Part shown: positions 51,406 through 62,222 of the stretch, piece after piece | Layout of the letters: each line of letters opens with the position of its first letter | How positions within the stretch are numbered: position 1 is the first letter of the stretch | Source of the DNA: Octopus sinensis | Lineage: Eukaryota | Assembly (NCBI RefSeq): GCF_006345805.1 | Contig: NC_043015.1 | Span: 14,570,001 to 14,634,000 of the forward strand | Direction of reading: 5' to 3' | Length of the DNA: 64,000 bases | Translations under genes and position numbers: made by a program | Notes under the pieces: model-generated | Databases searched by the model: none | What the model was told of the DNA's origin: nothing | Seen by the model: the letters and a program-made list of their open reading frames with translations, nothing else

Positions 51406-52536
51406 GTCATTTAACGTTCGTTTATTTCCATACCATCAGAGTGGGTTGGGCAGTTTGACAGCAGCTAATAAACAAGAGGACTGTACCATGTTCCAATGTC
51501 TGGTTTGGCTTGGTTTCTGCAACTAGATGCTCTTCCTAATGCCAACCACTTAACAGAGTGTACTGGGGCCTTTTTTCTCTTATTGTGGGACCAGCTCTAG
51601 TGAGGTCACTAAGTACACCTAGACCTTGAGAGAATTACTTTTATCACCAACATTTTCAACTTCTCATATTATAAGCCAATAATACATCTATGCAAAATAC
51701 AAAACCTGTGAGAAATAGCAGCTAAATCTCTTTCAAATCACTGCCAACTGTCTTTAAATAGGAAGGGCACATCAGACAATGTAGTCCTAAAGATAAGAAA
51801 TAGTGAGATGATTAGGAATGGGGTGTGTTTATAGGTTTATTCAACAGAATTTACTTGGGGCTAAATAACAACAACCTCAACAACTTATATCAACAAACCA
51901 ATAAAGGAGCATCAAATGGGGACTTGACATGCTACAAATAGCAGCTGAATAAAATCATACTTCTTTTTGTCTTAGAAAAAGATACACATTGGAAAGCATA
52001 ACACTAGATACACTATGTCTGAAAACAATGTGATGGGCATGGTTGGAATGCATTTGATCATTGATCTGTCTGATCTGGGTGACAATGGAACTAAACAAAA
52101 GGCAACAGCAGTTGTAGCTGCAGCAGCAACAGCAAAAACAATGACGACAACAACAACAACAAAACCACCATCACCACCACCACTACTGCTGCTGCTCATA
52201 TCAACACTGGTGAGTTTCCAGAATCCGGAAACTGAGGAAATCATCACAATTTTAAGGGCCAAAGAAAACCCAACCAAAACACTTAATCACTTTACACAAG
52301 CTTCCTGTGTGCAATGGTGAGCTGCACTTACATCTTGGATAGTGCAGATGTTACACACATATATCCTAGATTGCATTCAAAGAAGAAAAAGACAACTCAT
52401 ATATTTGACATCAAGTTGTTCACCAACACAATCTATTCCATAAAGATATATAATGTTTTCTCCTTGCACTTTCTATTACTATTGGGAATTTCATAACCAC
52501 AGCACCATGCCTGCACCAAGGTATATTATGTATGTA

Positions 52537-52747
52537 TGAGAAGGTGCAGAAAAGTTCCTGGTTTTAAGGATATCATGAAAGGTTGGTTAGAGACCTAAAC
52601 TTCAGAGCTCTTTTACAGGGTTTAGAAAAACTGAAGAACCATTGCAATAAGTATGTGAATCTGAGAGGGGAAAATGTTGAATAAAATCACAATTAACTGA
52701 ACATCTTGTATTTTCTTTTACACAAAGCCAGGAACTTTTCAGCACCA
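52537..52747. mobile_element. Mariner-derived MITE (second copy)
   Basis: Colinear with 18061-18277. Confidence 0.8.
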
Positions 52748-52879
52748 TACATACACATACATATGGATGTATGTATGTTCTCTGCTATTTTTAGTTATTT
52801 AAATTCTTCCTCCAAGGAAGGAGCTGGTTTCTAACAAAGATTCAAAACTCCATCATTGGAATGTAGATAGTGAAAATAA

Positions 52880-53860
52880 TGTCACACTTTAAACTTGAGA
52901 AAAATCTTGCATATTTTTATTGTTCCACTTACAGATTGCATTTGGAATGTACAAGTTAGTTGGTTGATTTTTTTTTCTGAACTCACAAAATCAATTGCAC
53001 CAATTACCATTAGTATAAATGTGAGTTTATAACCTGGATATAGAAACTGAAGGTTTCAAAGCAGTTGTCCATAGTTATTCTCTTTTACTTTGATTTTCAA
53101 AGAGATATTTTAGTGTTGATGTTTATGTATGCATTCAATAGCAGGGGGCTTTTCTATATTTATTTTAGGACAGTCTTTTTTCCGAATGGCATTGTATATT
53201 GTTTTTGTGACAACATCATGTCACATAGGAAGCTAGGAAATTGATGACAATTTTGGAGCACTGCTAATCGCATGTGTGATGCCTTCTGGAGAAATATGAC
53301 ATAATCTATATTTTCAGTTGCATCTTGGAGCTCAAAGGGCTTCACTGCCTCTTTTATTAATTAGGAATTTTGTAGTAATCTTCTGTTCTTGGATTGCAAA
53401 TGCATAACCTTTGAAGTATTGCAAGTTCAGGAGAAGTTTCATTACATGTTCATACTACTGTCGTTTTCTTTCACATTAGGCGAAATGCTTAGCGACATTT
53501 TGTCCATCTTTACATTCTAAGTTCAAATTCCACTGAAGACGACTTTGCCTTTCATCTTTTCAGATCAATAAAAGTACCAGTTGAGCACTAGGGTCAATGT
53601 AATTAACCTACCCGCCCCAAAGTTGCTGGGCTTGTGCCAAAATTTGGAATCAATATCATGTCTTATTCAAGTCTTCAGGAAACATACCCATGCATAATCT
53701 ATTTCGGTCTGCTGAGCAATTCACACTCAACTTTTCTTTGAGGTATGTTAGTTTGGCTGTTTTAGACTTGTATAGGAGGTCATCAGGAAGAGAGTGCTTC
53801 CTGAGGAGCTTGCTGCCAACATACTGGATGTTATTCTCTTCAGTTTTCAGCACCAAGTTA
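52880..53860 (-). mobile_element. Decayed RLE-type non-LTR retrotransposon, interrupted by a SINE
   Basis: GYAFAIQEQKITTK, degenerate CCHC/RHD region, KENNYGQLL..LYPGYK..MVIGA. Confidence 0.7.
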
Positions 53861-53861
53861 A

Positions 53862-54197
53862 TGTATGTAAGCATGTATGTATGTATGTATGTATGTATGT
53901 ATGTATGTATGTATGTATGTATGTATGTATGTATGTATGTATGTACGTATGTATGTATGTATGTATGTAAGCATGCATGTATGTATGTATGTATGTATGT
54001 ACGTATGTATGTATGTATGTATGTATGTATGTATGTACGTATGTACGTATGTATGTATGTATGTATGTATGTATGTATGTATGTATGTACGTATGTATGT
54101 ATTTATGTATTTATGTATGTATGTATGTACGTATGTACGTATGTATGTATGTATGTATGTATGTATGTATGTATGTACGTATGTATGTATGTATGTA
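53862..54197. repeat. (TATG)n microsatellite with TACG variants
   Basis: Directly visible. Confidence 0.97.
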
Positions 54198-54213
54198 CAA
54201 ACACACACTCATA

Positions 54214-55875
54214 TCTCTTATTATAAAAGGCAGATTTTATCTGCCTCCCTTTGTCACTTATAGAAATCTACAATATAGGATTTCTTCAATTACAATTTAC
54301 CTAGCATTTTTAAGAGTAGAATGCATCGGGTCATGCCAGGTCCAGTTTTTAAAATTTAAACTCCAATTAAGCAAAATTTACAGAAAACTCACATTCTGGT
54401 GTGTATGTCAAATGCTTTTCTTAATGTGGTTTATACCACACGCACACGCACACACACAGTGTGCAACGAATAAAATGAAAGTAAATAGCGACAGAGTGAT
54501 TTGAGGAAGACTAAACTGAAAGTATTTAAACCACTACTCAAAAAATAAAAAACACAGCAAACAGAAACAAATAAATACATAACGATTTACTCCTCACACA
54601 ATTTCTTCAATTAGAGTTTACCTAAGATTTTTCAAAGTACTCCATTCGGTCATGCCATAATATATTTCTTTCAATTTCACCCCCAATTAAGACAAAATTC
54701 GAGAAAACTCAATATTTTAACATTTCACTCCAAAAGCATTGATGTACATGTGTGCGTGCGCGAGTGTGTGTGTGTGTGTGTTTGATGGGTTGTGCGACAC
54801 AGAAAGTGTGGTGTGTAAGTGAAGTGCTTTTGTTAGTGTGTGTAAAGAGACAGACAGAGTGAAAGACAGAAATAACTGAACTTTTTTTATTCACTTTTTG
54901 TAGTGAGTGACTGAGAGAGAAAAGAGAGAGAGAGGTTATGTATGTATATATGTATGTATGGCTTCAGTGACACGCACACACAAAAACACATACCTACGTA
55001 CACCTAAAGCACGCACACACACACACACACACAAGCGGAGCGCGAACTTCAAAATTTTGGTAGTATTAATTTGCGAGCGTACTTCTAAGCGCGCGTAATT
55101 GAAAGTTTTCACTATGATATCATCACGTGCAAAAAAATTCGAAGGGTTTTGAACAATTGAGATACAGATGTCACACCTGTATTGAAACCATTGCTAAGCT
55201 GCCGTAATTGCTTAATTAAGACTTTGTTTAAATTGAAAGGGGCAAATATGTGACGAGGTTGAAAAAAAATACCCCAGAAAAAAAAATGTACTGCTGGTAT
55301 TTATATAATTCACTACTATTTTGCTACAATGTCATGAAAAAGAAAAAGTTTAGGTATGTAAATCGAATTCGCCACCCCCTTTTCCCCGTTCGCGTTTGTG
55401 TAAAAAAAATTATTATTTAAGTTTTAAAAATTATTTACTTTGTTCAAAAAATATTAATATTAATTAATTTTCAAGAATTATTTAATTTTATTCTGTAAAA
55501 TAGTAATTAATTCATTTATCTGTAAATCCGCGAGGTTGTTACTCAGGCACCTAGAATGGTAACCTTCAACTAACACTATCTCCTCCGAGACCCTGCGGCG
55601 CAAGTTGACCAAAATTGAGAGTATGGTAGAAGAAGGGTTGCTCTTCCTTCCGTAGAACATAAAATTCAAATCGGACCATGTTAACACCAAAAATTATTTA
55701 CATCAAAAAGATGCTTTTTTCTATGAAAATCCCTATTTTTTACGATTTTTTCACTGCTGTGTCGCCACTTTTCGGTGTATTTCGACCAGAAAAATGTTCA
55801 CAAAATTTTTACTTTTCAAAATTACAATTCCAGCGGGTCGAAACAAACCCGAGCAACGCCGGGCGATACTGCTAG
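54214..55875 (+). mobile_element. 1.66-kb non-autonomous Helitron
   Basis: A|TCTCTTATTATAAAAGG start; AAACCCGAGCAACGCCGGGCGATACTGCTAG|T end; internal diverged duplication (about 54280 vs 54600); CpG-rich, consistent with a young insertion. Confidence 0.85.
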
Positions 55876-56747
55876 TATATATATATATATATGTATGCAT
55901 AAATATGTACATATTATCATCATCATTTTAACATCCACTTTTCCATGCTTGCATGGGATGGACAGATATCACTGAGGCAGATTTTCTGTGGCCAGATGCC
56001 TTTTCTGCTGACAACCCTCACATATTTCCAAATAATATTATATTTCACCATGTCAGACAACACCAACACACACAGCAGACATGTACCTTTCATCTAGATA
56101 ATAAATGCCTCTATTCTTTAGAGATGACTGGGATTGTATCACCACCACTTAATCCCTCCTAATTCTCTTATTTTCCTTCCTCTTGTGGACAACTATAGTG
56201 TGTCCCCCTCCCAGGTTCAGTACTACACCTTGTGTTCCAGTCTTTCCACACAGGAAAAAATAATCCTCTGGAATTCCTTCCTGATCATGTTCTTCATGTA
56301 GCCATTGGCTTGTAACTATTCAAAAGGAACATTAAGCTTGTTGATTGTTTGCTAGTGCATGAAGGCTTATGGAGGTCATGGATACAGCTTCTTTCTCCTT
56401 ACTAAATCAATAAAAGGAAAAAAAAAACGTAGAAAGCTTTACCTTCCTGTCTGAAACACAGATGACTCTTCCTTTATCACTGACATTGCTAATCCTCACA
56501 CTTCTGTCTCCAACTCAAAACATATGAACTTTACATCTTTTCCCAACTTTTCCTTCTCTGCCAAAGAAAAATAAATTGATAAGCACTGGCATGGTTGTGT
56601 GATAAGAAGCTTGCTTCCCAACCACATGATTCTGGGTTCAGTCTCACTGCATGACACCTTAGGCAAGTGTATTCTACTATAGTCTCAGGCACAGGGCGAC
56701 CAAAGCCTTGTGAATGGATTTGGCAGATGGAAACTGAAAGAAGCCCA

Positions 56748-56788
<41 letters not shown>

Positions 56789-56889
56789 TGGAGGTAAAAA
56801 AATACATAAACCACCAGTTTTTGGCATTACAAAAACCCTAAAACTAACCCTAGCCACCGGGTATACGTATTCTTTACCTATATCTCTTA

Positions 56890-57528
56890 CTAGCAGTATC
56901 GCCCGGCGTTGCTCGGGTTTGTAAGGGAAATAACTATATAAGCATTTTTAGAGAGTTATAGCAAAAAAATAGCAAAAAATGCATTAAAAATGGAAAAAAT
57001 ATGATGGTAAATTTTTTTTTAAATCGTTGACTCATCGTAGACATTTTTAGAGAGTTACTTCCCTTATATAATAGCGAAAAAATGCATTAAAAATGGAAAA
57101 AAAAACGATGGTAAATTTTTTTTTAAATCGTAGACTCATGTAGACGCTTTCTTAGCCATTTCTGTTTTGGTGTCTTCAAGCCATGAAGTCGTTGTTCTAA
57201 AAGAACACTGGTCTCCTTGACAACGCATTACGACATTGATTTCCTTACACTCCCTTCCCCACAGGTGCAGGTGTGAGCGTGGACGCCAACTCCGCCGCCA
57301 TCGACACACGAAAAATTATGCATTAAAATGGAATAAAAAATGATGTTAAATAATTTTTAAAATCGTAGACTCATCGTAGACGCGCGCTAATATTCAGACA
57401 GGCTCGATATGAATCACGACTATAAGCTACCCGAATTTGGTTAAACTGCACCGCAAAATGTGGGAGTAGTTAGGAATCTAAATCGAAGGGGACAGACACT
57501 CACACAACTACAGTTTTATATATATAGA
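56890..57528 (-). mobile_element. Non-autonomous Helitron (left arm of inverted duplication)
   Basis: TCTATATATATAAAAC start, hairpin + CTAG|T end. Confidence 0.9.
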
Positions 57529-57534
57529 TATACA

Positions 57535-57910
57535 TAGCGCAGTAGTGGTGAGATGTGACAGCAAAGAAAAGCATACATTCACTCTCTGCATGCAATTAGA
57601 CTCGGAAAGTTCGTGAGGAACCCATTGACCCAATTTGCTGACTTTTCCGATAGCACACAGGTCTCAATGAATGGTTGAATGACCAAATCCAAGCTTCTCT
57701 GCTAGTTCCTCAACAGTTACGATGAGATTTTGTTCCACCAGGGTTTTCAGGATGTCCTTGTCGAGTTCTACAGATCTTTCAGGATGAGGCTCGTCTTCTA
57801 GGCTGTAGTTTATGGCTCGGAATTTCTGGAACCACCATTGACACTGCCTTACGCTTATTGTCCAATCCCCATATACTGCATTAATATTTCTTGTACTTTG
57901 CACACATTTA
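57535..57910 (-). mobile_element. Mariner transposase N-terminal fragment
   Basis: WFQKFR..SLEDEP HTH region and KLGQWVPHEL motif. Confidence 0.88.
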
Positions 57911-58217
57911 TATTCTGTTATTCTTTTATATGTTTCAGCCTTGAGGTTGTGGCCATGCTGGATCATGTGTGTGTGTGTGTGTGTGTCTATCTGTCTGTCT
58001 GTCTGTATGTATATATGTATATATATATGTGTGTGAACAATAATATTTTCAACAGATGTGTTGCAAATGTATCTGATTGTTCTCAAGCTTCAATACTGTG
58101 TGTGTCAGCAAATTGGGTCAATGGGTTCCTCACGAACTTTCCGAGTCTAATTGCATGCAGAGAGTGAATGTATGCTTTTCTTTGCTGTCACATCTCACCA
58201 CTACTGCGCTATGTATA

Positions 58218-58870
58218 TCTATATATATAAAACTGTAGTTGTGTGAGTGTCTGTCCCCTTCGATTTAGATTCCTAACTACTCCCACATTTTGCGGTGCAG
58301 TTTAACCAAATTCGGGTAGCTTATAGTCGTGATTCATATCGAGCCCGTCTGAATATTAGCGCGCGTCTACGATGAGTCTACGATTTTAAAAATTATTTAA
58401 CATCATTTTTTATTCCATTTTAATGCATAATTTTTCGTGTGTCGATGGCGGCGGAGTTGGCGTCCACGCTCACACCTGCACCTGTGGGAAGGGAGTGTAA
58501 GGAAATCAACGTCGTAAGGAAATCAACGTCGTAATGCGTTGTCAAGGAGACCAGTGTTCTTTTAGAACAACGACTTCATGGCTTGAAGACACCAAAACAG
58601 AAATGGCTAAGAAAGCGTCTACATGAGTCTACGATTTAAAAAAAAATTTACCATCGTTTTTTTTCCATTTTAATGCATTTTTTCGCTATTATATAAGGGA
58701 AGTAACTCTCTAAAAATGTCTACGATGAGTCAACGATTTAAAAAAAAATTTACCATCATATTTTTTCCATTTTTAATGCATTTTTTGCTATTTTTTTGCT
58801 ATAACTCTCTAAAAATGCTTATATAGTTATTTCCCTTACAAACCCGAGCAACGCCGGGCGATACTGCTAG
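58218..58870 (+). mobile_element. Non-autonomous Helitron (right arm of inverted duplication)
   Basis: Near-identical reverse complement of 56890-57528. Confidence 0.9.
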
Positions 58871-58890
58871 TTTATATATATATATATATA

Positions 58891-59250
58891 TCTATATATA
58901 AACGGTAAAATGTCTGTGTGCGTGTCCTTTATACAAATCCCCAATTTTTCAGTTAGAGGGTTCGCACTTTCTATGGTCATTCAAAACCGCCCAAGGGATG
59001 TTGTGCACATCTTTACATTTCCCCAGTCGCCCCGCAAAGACATTAAAAAATCAATAGAAGTTACTTTTTTGTGAATTTTCTATCCAAAAGCCAATCAAAA
59101 TGCCCGAAACTTAATACGCCAATTGAATGCCAGCTAGCTGTATGTGATTGGCCGGAGATTTGGACAGTACTCGCGTGTATGTGCGCACGCACGCAGCTCT
59201 ATATGCATGCACTAGCCCTATGACCCGGCGTTGCCGGGTCATAGTGCTAG
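58891..59250 (+). mobile_element. Non-autonomous Helitron with extended terminal palindrome
   Basis: A|TCTATATATAAACGG start; ACTAGCCCTATGACCCGGC-GTT-GCCGGGTCATAGTGCTAGT end. Confidence 0.88.
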
Positions 59251-59288
59251 TATATTTATATACGTACAAACATGCATACGAACATATA

Positions 59289-60158
59289 CGTTAGGGTACC
59301 CAAAAGTAACTGGAAGTATTCTCTGTGGAACAAGTATGCTGTAGTTCAGGCTTCCTCTACTAGAATCCACTTGATGTGACCCTCACGCATCAGTATGCCG
59401 ACAGTCTTACCGACACGTGGTGCATCTTTGCTTTGCAGTCCTTCTGCCCTGTTCGTCGATGTTTACGATGGCTGAAAAGAAAGAAAACCGCGCTTCCGTA
59501 AAATTTGGTTTTCTGCTGGGGGAAACGGCAGCCAAAACAGCTTACAAGGATGCTGTCACGAGCAAAACACAAGTTTACGAATGGTTTCCATGCTTTAGGA
59601 AAGGTCACTTATCGCTTGAAGACAAACCTTGTTCAAGGCGACTGTCAACCTCCCGAATGAATGAAAACATAAAAATTCATGAATTAATCTTAGAGGACCA
59701 TCACTGAACAACTGACAAACTTGTTGATATGATTGGTGTGTCCTGGAGCTCCTGCCAACGAATTTTGTGCGAGGAATTGCGAATAAAAGAGTTGCAGCAA
59801 AATATGTGCCTCGCTTGCTCATGGAAGATCAAATGCAGTCATGACTGAATGCGTGTCGTGAACTGAAAGAACAGTTGGAAATTGATCCGGACCTTTTTTC
59901 GAAAGTCATCACAGGTGATGAAAGCTAGTGTTAGGTTATTTGCAGATGTGGAAGAGGTGGAGGAAAGAAACGATGGAGGTTTTAAAAGGCATCACTTTGC
60001 AAGAGTTACAGCACTGCATCGAACAGTAGTAAACGCGTGTGGACCGATGCTTTGCTTCAAATGGAGAATACTTTGAAGGCGATAAAAGTGTAAACATGCA
60101 AGACTAAGTGAATAAAAATAGTATTGCAAAATTCCGGTTTCTTTTGGGTGCCCCCTTA
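59289..60158 (+). mobile_element. Internally deleted mariner transposon
   Basis: Imperfect TIRs (GGGTACCCAAAAGTAACTGGAA / TTCCGGTTTCTTTTGGGTGCCC) with TA flanks; VYEWF..F..G..SLED, YVPRLL and ITGDES motifs. Confidence 0.88.
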
Positions 60159-60396
60159 TACATACATACATACATAATACATACATACATACATACAAAC
60201 ATACATACATACATACAAACATACATACATACATACACACATACATACATACACACACACATACATACATACAAACATACATACATACACACATACATAC
60301 ACACACACATACATACATACATACATATATATGCAACAACAAATGTAAACAAACCTTTTTATTTTTTGGAAGCGTCGAATGTGTATCGTATCATAC

Positions 60397-60572
60397 AAGT
60401 AATATTTTGAATGTAGTATAGCTGTGAAAACAGTAGAAAGAGTGGGTATTTTACCTTTAGATGATGGAAAAAGTTGTCAGCAGATAGCAACATGATTTTT
60501 CCTGTCATGTAAGCGTAAAATACCCAAACTTTCAGCTATTTTCACAGCTATACGGCATTCAAAATATTACTT
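60397..60572. repeat. 176-bp fold-back (near-complete palindrome), probable MITE
   Basis: AAGTAATATTTTGAATG..TATAGCTGTGAAAA..TGGGTATTTTAC pairs with GTAAAATACCCA..TTTTCACAGCTATA..CATTCAAAATATTACTT. Confidence 0.88.
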
Positions 60573-61408
60573 TCTTGTCTGTGTTATAAATGTAAATATA
60601 TGGCGGTGCCCCAGCATGGCCACAGCTCGTGAGCTGAAACTAGATAAAATAAATAAAAAATACATGAACATATACACATACATCTGTATGTGACTTTATG
60701 TGTGCCTTTGTGTCTGTCCCTCACCCACCACTTGACAACCAGTGTTAGTGTATCCATAACTTAGCGGTTCGGCAAAACACTGATAGAATAAGTACTAGGC
60801 TTAAAAAATACAAGTCCTGGTGGGGGGTCGATTTGTTTGACTGAAGCCTTTAAAGGGGGTCCCTAGCATGGCTGCAATCAAATGAATGAAACAAGTGAAA
60901 AGAAAAAAAAAAGGTAAGAAAATCACGATAGTTTCAGAAACATCAAAAACGAAATCCTTTATGCACAATGGTCACTACCACAAACATAGTTTTGACTCCA
61001 TTTCGTGTTACCCACTCACATCATTCTCTCCTTCAGCCCAGTCTCTTCACTTGACCAATATCGTCTTGTTACACTTTCACAAAGCATAAACACAATTTTA
61101 TATGTAAATGGCATCACAATTTCCAGACACAGCTTTGCAACTACTCCAATCTTAAGTCATTTATGCAGAAACTGGGACCCAAAACAGCCAATGTAGCACA
61201 TAACAACCCACAATTCCCTGTCTTAACTACCATAGCAGAGAACATCAAATGTAGGATGTCCCAGAATTACCTATCTATTTCAAAGAAATCGGGCAAATTT
61301 AAAAAAAAAAAAATCTGATAGAATTTTTTGTTTATTACTTAATTATGATACCAAAATAAAAAGATTTAGAAATCTTATGTCAAGACTTTATTGAAAATTT
61401 TTCAACAT

Positions 61409-61795
61409 AGGTGCAGGAGTGGCTGTGTGGTAAGTAGCTTACTAACCAACCACATGGTTCTGGGTTCAGTCCTACTCTGTGGCATCTTGGGCAAGTGTCT
61501 TCTACTATAGCCCCGGGCCGACCAATGCATTGTGAGTGGATTTGGTAGATGGAAACTGATAGAAGCCTGTCGTATATATGTACATATATATATGTGTGTA
61601 TGTGTTTGTTCCCCTAGCATTGCTTGACAACCGATGCTGGTGTGTTTGCGTCCCCGTCACTTAGCATTTCGGCAAAAGAGACGGATAGAATAAGTACTGG
61701 GCTTGCAAAGAATAAGTCCTGGGGTCGATTTGCTCGACTAAATGCGGTGCTCCAGCATGGCCACAGTCAAATGACTGAAACAAGTAAAAGAGAAT
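61409..61795 (+). mobile_element. Full-length family B SINE (tRNA head + CORE-like domain)
   Basis: GTGGCTGTGTGGTAAG..GGTTCAGTCC; CTTGGGCAAGTGTCTT; tail CCAGCATGGCCACAGTCAAATGACTGAAACAAGTAAAAG. Partial copies near 15350, 17820, 31925, 33000, 49040, 50480, 56583, 60700. Confidence 0.85.
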
Positions 61796-61942
61796 AAAAG
61801 AGAAAAAGAGAAAGAGAATGTGCTCCGTCTGTATCCCTGTAAATTTGAAACCTTCCCTTTGCATTGCGAGACATGTTTTGAAGCATTTCAGGAGTTATCT
61901 TCTATACTGCTAGCTGAATGCATTCTTTAAGTTCAGCTAAAC

Positions 61943-62222
61943 CAGTGGTTCCCAAAGTGGGGGTGGGTGGAAAGATCCAGGAGATGCGTTGAAGAAAAAT
62001 GGGGCAATAATAGGGTGACCAAAATGAGGCAATGGATGTAAAAAAAGCAAAACAAAAAAAAAACCCCAAAATAAAGAGTTAATTAGGTTAAGTTTTATTT
62101 GTGAAATATTGTTGTTTTGAATATGCTGCAGAAAACGGTCTATGTCTGTGATGGTGATGGGGGGGGGAGCACTGGGAATGTGACCAAGGGGCTGGCAGCC
62201 TGAAACCGTTTGGGAACCACTG
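61943..62222. mobile_element. hAT-type MITE
   Basis: Perfect 14-bp TIRs CAGTGGTTCCCAAA / TTTGGGAACCACTG; no matching 8-bp TSD. Confidence 0.75.

Noticed and set aside
53160-53874. Exons of a second host gene
   Set aside because: Frameshifted motifs match an RLE-type retrotransposon.
53690-54504. Long ORFs of MYVC/YIHT type (also near 30591, 35200, 39165, 41208, 59992)
   Set aside because: Translations of microsatellites.
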